Shown here: piece by piece, positions 12,551 through 24,241 of the stretch
How positions within the stretch are numbered: position 1 is the first letter of the stretch
Layout of the letters: every line of letters begins with the position of its first letter
DNA from: the human T2T-CHM13v2.0 reference genome, Homo sapiens
NCBI RefSeq assembly: GCF_009914755.1
Contig: NC_060943.1
DNA length: 64,000 nt
Direction: 5' to 3' (one strand)
Notes under the pieces: generated by a model
Database searches by the model: none
Told to the model about the DNA's origin: nothing
What the model saw: only the letters and a program-made list of their open reading frames with translations
Made by a program: the position numbers and the translations under genes

Positions 12551-13750
12551 CAAAAGATGTGCATTTCTGTTTTCTCACGGAAATACTGTTTAATGGATCT
12601 CTTCCTATGCCCTCCTGTCTCCTTGCCTCTCTGTTCCTCCCCATCACCTCTCTCTCTTCCTCTTTCTTTCTATCTCAGGGTGATTTCAAAAATCCCAGAA
12701 TATGTCAAGAAGCCTTTAACAAGGGGAGAGAGAATTAAGCCAAATTAATTACAGCAAAATAAGTGGAATTAGGCTTAATTTAAGTAGGTAACAGAAAAGA
12801 ACGGAGCTGGTCTTTTCCCCTTCTTGGAAGGAGTCCTTTAAGGGTTTTTTTTTTTCTTTTTTTTCCCAAATGGAAGGGTAACATGGCTGCTTGGCTCAGA
12901 GCAGCGTGCTCTCCTCCTCCGGTTTGCCCTGTTCTCCTGGACTGGGATTACCGGCTTGCAAGTCGCTGACCGTGGTTGAATTTTATCATTATTAAGGTTC
13001 AGTGCTAACCTCCTCCCCTTATTTCCTTCCCATTTAAAGTTTGGGGGATAATAAATTCTTTTGATTTAGCAATTATGGGAGCACAGAATTAGTCAAACGC
13101 GGGCTTTGAGAACAAAGTAGAATGGGGACCCGGTGGGCTTTTGCCGAGAAGCCACAAATACTCACAGGCTTGCCATGGAAAGATCTGGGGGAAATGGTGC
13201 TTTGTTAAGTCTGAAATTGGATGGGTTTTAATTTAAGAGCATAGCTCCAACCCTCACCTCTCTCTCTAAGCAGAAAAATAGTTATGTTTGTGGGTGACAT
13301 ATTCCTGAAGTCAATTGCGCTAAACCACTGTGCTGAAATACATTATATTGACTTGTCTGGGGCTGTGCTTTTTCGAGTACAACATTGAGTTGGCTAGTAA
13401 TAAAAATAAATAAGAATTATATATCATTTCATTCATTGTTTTGGTATTACAGATGCAAAATGCGCAAAGATATAACACAACATGTTGCAATACACTTTTA
13501 GAAAATACAATGATAAAATTAATCCTTGATACGGAATGATGTGTGTGCATGGGTTAAGGCGGAAGGCAGAGAGAAGCAGTGGGTGCTTGGAAGGTGCAGC
13601 CAGGTCAGGTACTGGACTGACATCCGTGTTCTGGGTGGGTGGGTGGAGGCCAGAAGGGGCTTGTAGTGCCCCCCACTGACAAGGAGAAGGGACCCTGCCT
13701 GCAGCTGATGTGTGGGGCGACCGCTGCCCTCTCTGGGCAGGCTGGAGCCT

Positions 13751-13852
13751 GCCTGGACCCCTTCCATCGATGATACTTGGTCAGCTTGAGGCCTGGTCCC
13801 CCGGGCTGGGCCCTGTTAGGAAGAGAGATAGCTAGAGTGTCCCTGCCCACTG
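13751..13852 (+). repeat. Local dispersed duplication, copy A (partner 16023-16126)
   Basis: gcctggaccccttccat...ccctgttaggaagagagatagctagagtgtccctgcccactg. Confidence 0.8.
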
Positions 13853-14286
13853 CAGGGTGGGGTTGGAGCCAAGTAGAACAAGCATTTGTTTGCTGTTGGT
13901 TTCCTTTGTCTATGAAGCAGCCCTGAGCTGGAACGGTTACAGTGGGGTGTAGACAAATGGGGACCCTAGTCCCGGGATCCTCAGGTTCACTGAAAGTCCC
14001 TCAGTAAACACACTGGACCGTTCACCCGCCAGTCTCTGGGCTCAGACCTGCTGGGGGTGGGAAGCACCCACTGGCCTGGAGAACTTCAGGGTGGAGGTCC
14101 AAGGGGGAGGCCCTAACCCCAACCCCGACCTTTAGGTAATCCAGTCTCTTAGTCTGACAGCGTGGGGCAGGGAGAGCCCCCAGACCAATCCCATCACTGG
14201 GCTCTGGATTCTCCCCGTCACCCTCCCCAGCATCTGCCATCCCAGACGCATGTGCGCACACGTGTGGATGCAGGCACAGATGAAGG

Positions 14287-14463
14287 CATACACACACATG
14301 AGCACCCAGGAGAATGCACACATATGAACATATACACGTGGACATACACACACATGAGCACCCAGGAGAATGCACACATATGAACATATACACGTGGACA
14401 TACACACACATGAGCACCCAGGAGAATGCACACATATGAACATATACACGTGGACATACACAC
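14287..14463 (+). repeat. Minisatellite: 3 identical 56-bp units plus a partial unit
   Basis: catacacacacatgagcacccaggagaatgcacacatatgaacatatacacgtgga starting at 14287, 14343 and 14399. Confidence 0.97.
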
Positions 14464-16022
14464 TCATGCATGTAGAGACATGAAGCTGAATTCTCATGTG
14501 TGCACACACGCACACATACACACATGCGGAGACACCTACACACAGAAGACCTGTCCATCCCATTCTTAAGGCTTCTCTGAGGTGGGACAACCTTCCCCTT
14601 CCCCACCACCGCAATAAGGGTCCCAGTGCTGTCTCCTCCCCTGCCCTGCACCCTCCTCCCTGGACCCAGCCCCAACCCCAGCTTCTCGGCAGCCCCAGCT
14701 ACCCCTGGCATCTCTGGTGCCCTCTCTCCCTCACAGGCAGCATGACCTCTGACTTAGCACCCCAGTGGCTCCCCACTGCTCTGGGCATGAAACCTCATCT
14801 TCACCTCCCCACCACAGCCCAGTGTGGCCCTGGCCTTCCAACCCTCTTCCCTACACGCCCCCTGCTCCCGGCTCATCACCACACCAGCGTGGGGCTCTGT
14901 CCCATCCTCATGAAGGCCCATGATCCCTGCAGAGCTCAGCTGAGCGCTGCCCCCACCAAGCCCCCTGCTGTACCTCACTGGTCCCCTCCGCCGTAAAGCT
15001 CTCCCACAGCGGCAGCTACCAACCCTCCTTACAGTAGCCTGCGTGATTATTCCATTACATCTGACTCTCCCTCCAGACTCTCAGCTCCATGAAGGCAGGG
15101 GCCTGTCTGTTTGCTGTCTGCCGTGTCTCCAGCCACACCAGGGTTCAATACCTTTGCTGGGTAGAGGCGTCAGTAATCTCACTGCAGAGGGATGCAGTCT
15201 CCCAGAGTCTCTCCCCCTACCCCAGCCCCCTCCTATGAGGACCTGGGAGAGTCTTGCTTTTCATAGCAGAGGCTGCTGAGCCCCTGGGCAGTCACCTGGG
15301 ATGAGAACTGTGACCTGGGATGAGAACCCTGGTGTCCTGACTCCTGGCTGGCCTCGGAGACTCTCCCACTCCACCCCTAGCTGGGCTTGCCGGCAGCCTC
15401 TGAGGGTCTTCCTGAATGACTAGAAGGATGTCCCCTGCACCCTCCCGCAGCAGACACCAGACCCTGCTGTCAGCGAAGGGAAGGAAGGCAGGCCTAGAAG
15501 CCAGCATGTGAGTGTCATCGTTGTAGGGAAGGGATGTGCTGCCACATGGAGACCCTGCCACTCACTGCCCTTCCTGCTCAGAGGGAGGAGGGAGCTGAGA
15601 TAGATGTGAAGCAATGGAGTCTGGAACCTGGGGACCTAGGGGCCATGGGGACAGGGACAGTGGGGAACAGAGCCATCAGCTGCCCTTAACAAAGTCTGTG
15701 GTGGGCAGGGGTAGAGGCCCTTTCTGCCACTCTCCCACCCCAGGGCCCAGCAGACAGAGAGCCTGACTGGTTCCTCTCTGTGCATATTCGGCGGCAGAGG
15801 TGGGGAAAAGGTGGGAGGGGAACCCTAACCTGGAGGAAGCAGAGTGTCTCGGGCTGGCGGTGGGCCCGGGAGAGGCACGGGAGGCTGAGCAATGAGGAGG
15901 CCCTTTCCTTTCACATGGCCCATCAGCTGATTGTCCCCTGGCTCCCTCTGCCATGGCCCAGGGTGGCTACCTCTGCTGCAGGCAGCCATGGAAGCTTCTC
16001 AGAGGCTGCCTGCTGGGTGCTG

Positions 16023-16126
16023 GCCTGGACCCCTTCCATTGAGGCTCCTCAGCTGGCTGGAACCCTGGCCTCCTGCAGGCTGGACCCTGTTGGGAAGAGA
16101 GATGGCCAGAGTGTCCCTGGCCACTG
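16023..16126 (+). repeat. Local dispersed duplication, copy B (partner 13751-13852)
   Basis: gcctggaccccttccat...ccctgttgggaagagagatggccagagtgtccctggccactg. Confidence 0.8.
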
Positions 16127-16614
16127 GGCACCAGCAGGGGCAAAGGATCCCAGTTTGAGCCAGGCAGGACAAACGTTTGTGTGTGGTTGGCTCAGGCGGG
16201 CTCCACCCCCAAACCCTGCTGCATGGCAGGGCATGCATCTTCTCGGTGACCTTGGTGACCTCAGGATGGGGACAGTGCCTGGAGGTCTCTCACCCAAACC
16301 AGGCTGCAGGCACTATGGCTTCTCCACCCTGTCTAGCCTGGAGGTGTTTGCACGGGCAGAGCCTTGAGCTTCCCAGGCTCATCCTTCAGAAACCTCCCCA
16401 GACCTGGTCCCGATCTGCCCACACCTTCCTAGCTCACAGTACAGCCCAGCATGGAGCATCCCGCTTGACAATAATGTGTTTATTGGGTGATTACTTGACA
16501 AGACTGTGGGCTTTTCAAGAACAGTCTTCTCTGATTTGGTCAGCTTAGCACCCAGCTTGGCTTGCCACATGTGCTCATTAAAAACCACTGATTCCATTAA
16601 TGATTATGAGAAGA

Positions 16615-16837
16615 ATGTGCACACGTGCTTAAGTGTAGTGTGTGCATGACTGTGAGAGCGTGTGATCGAGTGCACACATACATGAATGTGTGAGCACGTG
16701 TGCACATTTGTGTGCAGTTGTGCATATGGGTATATGTGTGTGCACATGTGAGTGTGCGGACTCAGCACGTGTGTGTCTGTGTGAGTGTGTGGGTATAGCA
16801 TGTGTGTGCACTGTGATTGTGCATGCGTGTGCATGGA
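16615..16837 (+). repeat. Degenerate (TG)n tract
   Basis: Visible TG/TGCA-rich low-complexity sequence. Confidence 0.85.
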
Positions 16838-17188
16838 TGTTATGGACTGAATTGTGTGTCCCTGCCCTAGTTCCCAGTGTTCTGGTATTAGGAGGTGGGG
16901 CCTTTTGGGGGTGATTAGGCTGAGATGAGCTCATGAGGGTAGAGCCCCAGGATGGGATTAGTGCCCTTATACAAAGAGGAAGAGACACCAGAGCTCTCTG
17001 TCTGACCCCCACCCCCCATATGAGGACTCACTAGGAAGGCAGCCGTCCACAAGCCGGGACCTCACCAGACACTGCATCTGCAGCACCACGGGCTTGGCCT
17101 TCCAGCCTTCAGAACCTCGAGAAATAAATGTCTGTTAAGACCCCCCAGTCTGTGGTTCTTCACTCTAGCAGCCCTGGCTGACTATGAA
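16838..17188 (+). mobile_element. MLT1A-like MaLR solo LTR
   Basis: tgttatggactgaattgtgt...gggattagtgcccttata...gagaaataaatgtctgtt...cagtctgtggt...agcagccc. Confidence 0.8.
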
Positions 17189-17196
17189 AGTGGGTA

Positions 17197-18158
17197 CAGT
17201 GTGTATGTGTGTGTGTGCATGTAGGTGTGAGTGTGAGTGAATGTGTGTACATGAGTGAATGTGTGTAGGTGTGAGTGTGAGTAAATTCATGTGTTTGTGT
17301 GTAGGTGTGTGAGTGATGTGCGTGTGTGTAGGTGTGTGAGTGAATGAGTGTGTGTAGGTATGTGTGAATGTGTGTGTATGTACGTGTGAATGTGAGTGAA
17401 TGTATGCATGTGAGTGTAGGTGAGTGAATGTGCAAGTGTGTGTAGGTGTGAGTAGGTGCGTGAGTGAATGCATGTATGTGTAGGTGTGAATGAGTGAATG
17501 TGTGTGTAGGTGTGTGAGTGTGTGTGGTGTGTGAGTGAACATGTGTATAGGTAGGTGTGTGAGTGAACGCATGTGTGTAGGTGTGAGTGAATATGTGTAG
17601 GTGTATGAGTGGATGTGTGTCTGAGTAAATGTGTGTGTATGTCTAGGTGTGAGTGTGTGTAGGTGTGAGTATGAATGTGTGTAGATGTGTGAATGAATGC
17701 GTGTGTGTAGGTGAGTGTGAGTGAATATGTGTGTGGGTGTGAGTGAATGCGTGTGTATGTGTAAGTGTGAATGTGTGTAGGTGTGAGTGAGTGTGTGTGT
17801 AGTGAATGTGTGTGTACATGTGAGTTTGAGTGGATGTGTGTAGGTATGTGAGTGAATGCATGTGTAGGTGTCTGTGAGTGAATGTGTAGGTCTGAGTGTA
17901 TGTGTGTGTGTGTAAGTGTGAATGTGTGTAGGTGTCAGTGAGTGAATGTGTATGTGTGTGGTGAATGTGTGTGTACATGCGAGTGAGTGGATGTGTGTAG
18001 GTGTGTGAATGCATGTGTGTATTTGTAGGTGTGAGTGAATGTGTAGGTGTGAGTGTGCATGAATGTATGTATATGTAGGTGTGAGTTAATATGTGCATAG
18101 GTGTATGTAGGTGTGTGTGTGTAGGTGTGAGTGTAAGTGAATGCGTGTGAGTGTGTGT
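17197..18158 (+). repeat. ~1 kb compound (TG)n / (gtgtaggtgtgagtgaat)n tract
   Basis: Directly visible; source of the His/Thr-rich spurious minus-strand ORFs. Confidence 0.95.
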
Positions 18159-19648
18159 TCAGAGTGTTCCCAGATACCAGATGTTGAGGAGGGACCTCCC
18201 TAGGGCAGTGGCTCTGAGTTCTCCGAATCCAGGTCTCCCTCCAGAGTCCCCTGGGGTCTCTGAGCACCGCCCTGAGCAGGTTTTCAGGCCAGTGAGGCTC
18301 ACTGATTTTCCATTCTCAGAACTGTCTGAAATCCACGACCAGCAACTCTTTGCCCTGGGCTGCCACTGGTTCCACATCACCATGTTCCCCCAGTCCCCTA
18401 CTGTGACACCCAGTGGCTGCTCCTGCGGGTGGAGCCTGTGGTGTCCAGGAGAGTCTGGGAGCTGTGGGGCCACTGCAGTCTTTTACACAGAGTCCCTGGG
18501 GAGACAGCTGTGCTTCTACTTAACAGCCTCTGCTGAAGGCCCACGGGTGCCAGGCACTGGGCTAGTTTCTGAGAGGGAGCCATCCCAGCCTGCCTTTGGG
18601 GTATCCCTGACAGAGATTTGAAGGGGCCTCTGGGAGGTAGGAGGGGATATTCCCAGCCATGGCTAGAAGCTGGGAGGGCCTGAGTGCGTTGGGGAGCAAA
18701 AAATCAGGTGCCCTGTTCACACCCCTGCAGTCTCTAAGTACAGGGCGTGGGGTGCCTCTGCCAGAGTGGACCCAAGGGAGCACCTCTGCCACTTTGCCAC
18801 AGAGCCCTGGCCCTCAGGCTGCTGGAAGGGGCCAATGCATTGGCGACAGGATGTGGGTGGCAGTGCCTGGGAGAGGTGAAGCTGCCCTGTGGAGGGGCTG
18901 GAGCAGGAGAAGGGAGCTGGTGACATTAAGCAGTAGCCACGACAGGTGGGAGTGAGCTGGAGGGCTTCTGAGACAGGCTGGTGGCTCCCAGAGACACACT
19001 GTGCGCAGGTGGGGGGCATGCGGTAGGTGGGAGCCCTGCATTCCCAGGAGTGTATATGTGGCCACTGGACATGACCTTACCAAAACAGGGAGATGGGGGA
19101 AACTGGGCTTCAAGGGGACAAGCTAGGCCAGTCTTTAAGGAGCTCATGGGGCTGTGTAGGAGGGGTGCTGACAAGATCTGACAGCAGCTGTTCCCAGTCA
19201 AGGTAGACACTGCTATGTGCCACACAGGGCATGCAGACAGGGCACTGCAAGGGTTGAAGGGAGTAGGGAGGGTGAAATGTGCTCTCTTGGTCTGTGGCAG
19301 GTGCCGTGCAAACTTCCTGCTGTGTGTTCCCTTGTCCTGTGTCACCTACATCCTTGATGTCTGCGGTGAATGGCCAGTGACAGTGTTAATGGATTTCCTA
19401 ACATGATCCCCTGACCAACGCGGCTGTAGGGCAGACACACCTCTCAGGCACAGAGCGAAGCCCCCATTGCAGGGTGGTCTGGGGCACTCTGTAGGGGCAA
19501 GCGGGATCCTGGTCGTTTATTGCTTTGGCTGTTACAAGGCTCTTTCTGGAAGGCCACATCTGTTCTCGGATGTTCACCCAGCAGCCCAAACAGACAGGTC
19601 AGATCCCAGCCCTGCAATGTGACTTATTCAGGAACCTTTAAAGTGGCT

Positions 19649-19850
19649 TTGAAAGTCATTTGGTGCCAGATGTACCAAATGTCTTGGATGGGCTAGAGGG
19701 CTGGGGCTGTGAGGTGAGAACTTACCTGGCATTGGGACTGCCAGGTACATCCCCAAAGCCACGCCCCTCCAGAAGGCATCTGTTGAGTTTCATATGCCCC
19801 AGGAGGACTCTATATTTAAGGCCAGGCAGGAGGACACCCTGAGAAACCAC
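19649..19850 (+). repeat. 202-bp direct duplication, copy 1
   Basis: Aligns without gaps to 20811-21012; about 16 mismatches by hand count (~92%). Confidence 0.95.
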
Positions 19851-20810
19851 GCTGTCACGACTCAGTCTCTCAGAATGCCATGGCAGTTTAAAAAAAGTAC
19901 ACATACACTTTTTGCCACATCTTAGATGTCCCTCCGCCTACAGAAGCCATCAAATAAAAATTAATTTTGCTTCAAAAAAAAAACATGCTGAATATTTTTG
20001 ACACTCAATGTCTGTTCATTTGCATGGGACACGTTCTTCCATAATGAATCATCGTAACGCTTAAATTAAACACAGTAAAAGAATGGTTAATGCCATAACA
20101 CGCTGACAATTTAACCTGGCCAATATTTTTATTGCCTTGTACAAGAAACCTAACAGAGCACCACTTGCTTTTGACTGGTGGAAAATCGGTTATGAACCGC
20201 CAGGGAGCGGCCAATTTTTCAAATGCAGTCATTCAGTCATACGATAGCCACTATGACTTTTTTTTTCCCATACACTATTGCTATTATAATCTTTTGAGGG
20301 TATTTTTATCACGGCAATAACCTCCTCAAAATCAGTCTTTACAGCAGTTAATGATTGGACAGCTGGAGCTATAACTGGCCTTGGCATTGCCCCCAGCTAT
20401 TAGCTAACAAACCAGTTGTTATCTGCAGGTAACAGCCAATTTCTTGTGGAATTTTTTTGATAAAGTGCCTCCTGGATCGAAGGTATTTTTTCCCTCTTTG
20501 TCCCAGCTTCAAGCATCTTGGGGAGCTTGGTGAAGAGATGGAAAGCTGGTGGCTCTGTAACCCCCAGGCATGGAGCGGGATCTCTGAGGGTTGCTGTATT
20601 GCCACAGGAGAGTGGGGACTGGCTTTTGTCGCTGCCTGGCTTTGTGAAGTGCAGGGTGAGAGTCTGGAGAAAGAGGCTGCTCTGCTGAACTGGCTGGACA
20701 GAGAAGGGAGCTGACTGCCTTGGAGGCGCAGAGAATGGACCAGGCAGGGCCAGGCCTTGAGCGACCCTGGGAGTTGGGGTGAAAGCCAAACAATGGGGTC
20801 AATTCCATTG

Positions 20811-21012
20811 TTGAGACTCATTTGGTGCCAGATGTACCAAAGATCTTGGGCAGGCTAGATGGCTGGGGCTGTGAGGTGAGAACTTACCTGGCACTGAGAC
20901 AGCCAGGTGCATCCCCAAAGCCACGCCCCTCCAGAAGGCATCTGTTGAGTTTCACATGCCCCAGGAGGACTCTATATTTAAGGCTCGGCAGGAGGACACT
21001 CTGAGAAACCAC
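20811..21012 (+). repeat. 202-bp direct duplication, copy 2
   Basis: Offset 1162 bp from copy 1. Confidence 0.95.
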
Positions 21013-22863
21013 AAGAGAAATCTACTGAGTGGACAGGCACCTTGCGTTTGATAAATCTCTGTGTTTAGATTTCGATATCCTGGTTTCATGTGTGTTTCAT
21101 TTTTGATCACCCTTCTAAAATGTGAGCTTTTAAATTCGTGACTTAAAGTTAGGAAATGTTCATCTATTTTAAAGTGAACACCTTTTTTTATAAGGACCAG
21201 ATTAGTAAATTTGGACCTTGGCACTGATGGCTAAGCTACGTTCAAGCACAGGATCCTTGTTGGGATGAAATTCTCCAGGTTAACCCAAGTAAAATTCAGA
21301 GCGGGAATGTTGAGATAGAATGCTGGACCAAGAGAAGCTAACTGGTAAAGGGACAGCCTGCCTTCTGCGCCCGCAAGGCCTTCTGCTTTTCATGCTGCCT
21401 GGAGAGAGGAGCCGCTTCCCTTTTCAGCCGTGACTGTGTTTTAATATCCCTGGTACTAAGTGTCAGAAGTGGATTGGGTGCTGCAGCACTAGAGCGAAGA
21501 GTTAACATGACAGCGATCACCTGTTTGTGGCAGCAGTTTGAGATTCTGCAGATTGATCAGTGTTTACTGTGTGAGACCCAGAGATTCGATTCCTGAAATC
21601 ACAGGGCTGATTGCAGTAACTTTACATATGCGTCCTTAACAAGCAGGGCAAAATAAAAAAATTAATATTCTTAAAAGTGAAATAAGATATTTCCAGCCTG
21701 GAGAGAAGACCAATTAAAATCACTTCACATTTTTAAATGAGTTTTCATTTGAGAGAGTGGAATTCTTTGAAGAATATGAGTTTTGCTAAATATTTGAAAT
21801 CATCATATATCGTGCTTATTTGAAGCCCAGGTTGCTTATAAATTCAATGACAAATTGAGAAGTAAGCACAGAATTTATGTTTGAATTATCTGTTGGGTGA
21901 CTCCCCTGCTGGGGCAGGCCCCGGTTTCTTAAATTTGGAGGGTCACTCTGGGTAAGCTGGAAGGTAAACTAGGCTTCCTGCGAATTCCCAAATTCAAATA
22001 CTGCCATGGGACTAAAGCAATTCCATGATTTTAAATCATTTTGAATTTCATAAACCCAACTCTTTAACCTTTTGTAAATGACAAGAAGTGCAACCCATTC
22101 TTAACATTTCTGATCATTCCACACGATGCTGGCCCCATAAAGCTCATCTTTTCCAAATTTAAGCACTTAAAAATGTGAAGTGCTCCAATAAATTTAAATT
22201 GGCATATGCTACGCATATCAATGGGAAATGATTCAAGCATTAGAGGCTGGAAGTGGTGAGTGAGGGCAAGCACGCCAGAGCATCCATTGTCACAGGATTG
22301 ATTTTTAATGACTTTCTATTGATTTGATGCCTTTTAAACCTGAAGGCCGAAGGTTGGTCCTGCATATCTATCACGCTGTATCTTTGGCCGATGCACTCTC
22401 CCGAGGTGAATGTAGGTTGCTTTCACCCTCTTGCCAAGACAGTGTCCTATGAGGATGCAGGTCCTTCGGGGATAGGTCCTGGCTTGCATAGAGCCTTCCA
22501 GGGACAAGAAGTGAACAGCCACCTGGCAGAAGTGCAGCCCAGTCTTCAAGGCTCTAGTGGTTGTAAGCAACAACATCCATTTCAAGCCAAAAAGGGATGC
22601 ACCAGCTTTCATAACTGCAAAGGCCTAGGGTGAGTCAGGGATGGCTGGGTGCAGACACTTTCTCCTTCCCCTTTTTTTGTCTCTCTCTCACTTCATTTTC
22701 TCTCTAGTTCTCTTGCTTCCTTTTTTGCTGCACCTCTCCTCCATTTCTGCTTCTCAGTTGGGAAACCTTCAGGCAAGGCTCTGTGCGCTTTGTAGCCTCG
22801 GGCAGTTCCAGGCTCCTATTCTCATGCTCCCAAGTTTATCAGAAAGAAATCCTATCTCAACAA

Positions 22864-23453
22864 TGTAAACCAAAAATACAATTCTAAGGCCTCCCAACCA
22901 TCTGAATGGACCCCTCCTCTCAGCCAAGGGCACTCCAAAGTTAACCTAAAAACTAGTTCAAACCATGATGGGAAGGGGGAGCCAGACATGCCTCATGATA
23001 CCCTCCTCCCTTTGGGAATTACTGACAGACAGACTCTTTAAAGTCTGATAAGAAACATTCACAATCTATTCTCTCTGGAGCCTGATACCTGGAGACATCA
23101 TCTGCATGATAAAACCTCAGGCTCTACACCTTATCATAACCCACACATTTCTTTCTATTGATAATAACTTTTTCAACGAATTGCCAATCAGAAAATCTTT
23201 GAATCCACGTATGACTTGGAAGCTCTCTGCTTCCAGTTATCTCTACATTCTGGACCCAACCAATGTACATTTTACATACATTGACTGATGCTTTATGTCT
23301 CCTTAAAATGCATAAAACCAAGTTGTGGCTTGACCACCTTGGGTGCATGTTCTCAGGATCTCCTGAGGGATGTGTCACAGGCCATTGGTCACTCATATTT
23401 GGCTCACAATACATCTCTTCAAATATTTTACAAAGTTTGACTGTTTGTTGACA
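22864..23453 (+). mobile_element. MER4-family ERV1 solo LTR
   Basis: tgtaaaccaaaaat...gaccaccttgggtgcatgttctcaggatctcctgagg...gttgaca; TG..CA termini, 4-bp TSD ACAA. Confidence 0.9.
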
Positions 23454-23729
23454 ACAATATCAAAAGAGGGTGTGAATCGTGGGTCACTGGACCATCTTGG
23501 GTCATGTGCCCAGTTCTAAGCCAGTTGCCATGGTCAGGGGGATCCAATGTTCTGATTGGCCCCATTCTCACTCCTAGAGCTAGGAGTGGAATAAAATCCC
23601 AAACACTGGAACTTGGAGTGAGAGAGAGATAAGTATGAGTCCTATATGGGGCATGGAGGTCCCTTCTGACTCCAGATGTTTCTGATTCTCTGTTGTGAGT
23701 AAAATTGCTTCTGCTTGTTTCCTTGCAAT

Positions 23730-24237
23730 TGTTACAGGAAAGGGGTCCTGATCTAGACCCCAGGAGAGCATTCTTGGATTTCACTCAAGAAATAATTCAG
23801 GACAAATCTGTAGAGTAAAGTGAAAGCAAGTTTATTAAGAAAGCAAAGGAATAAAGAATGGCTACTCCATAGACAGAGCAGCCCTGAGGGTAGCTGGTTG
23901 CCCACTGTTATGGTTATTTCTTGATGATATGCTGAACAAGGGTGGATTATTCATGCCTCCCCTTTTTAGACCATAGAGGGTAACTTCCTGAGCTGGTGGG
24001 ACTGTAGCAGTGAGGACAACCAGAGGCCATCTTGGATTTGAGGGGATTTGGCCTGCTTCTTTACTGCAACCTGTTTTATCAGCAAAGCCTTTATGACCTG
24101 TATCTTGTGCTGAGCTCCTATCTCATCCCGTGACATAGAATGCCATAATTATCTGGGAATGCAGCCCAGTAGGTTTCAGCCTCATTTTATCCAGCCCCTA
24201 TTCAAGATGGAGTTACTCTGGTTCACAACCTCTGATA
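23730..24237 (-). mobile_element. MER41A ERV1 solo LTR
   Basis: tgttacaggaaaggggtcc...ggattattcatgcctcccctttttagacc...ttcaagatggagttactctggttca; TSD CAAT; lacks the MER41B GAS-containing segment. Confidence 0.88.
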
Positions 24238-24241
24238 CAAT

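Noticed and set aside
14287-14463. CRISPR-like repeat array
   Set aside because: Head-to-tail units with no spacers; primate DNA; no cas genes
17079-17099. REST/NRSE-like site tgcagcaccacgggcttggcc
   Set aside because: Right half-site GGACAG is broken; lies within an MLT1A LTR
17160-18267. His/Thr-rich minus-strand ORFs
   Set aside because: Translation of (CA)n-type repeat
19720-19731. U1 snRNA 5' end match ACTTACCTGGCA
   Set aside because: Only 12 nt; explained by a consensus splice donor on the opposite strand
19649-21012. Intact LTR/TRIM element with two LTRs
   Set aside because: No TG..CA ends, TSD, PBS or PPT; interior looks like host unique sequence
23730-24237. MER41 as an interferon-inducible STAT1 enhancer
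   Set aside because: A-type junction (ggggaggcatgaataatcc) lacks the tandem GAS segment of MER41B
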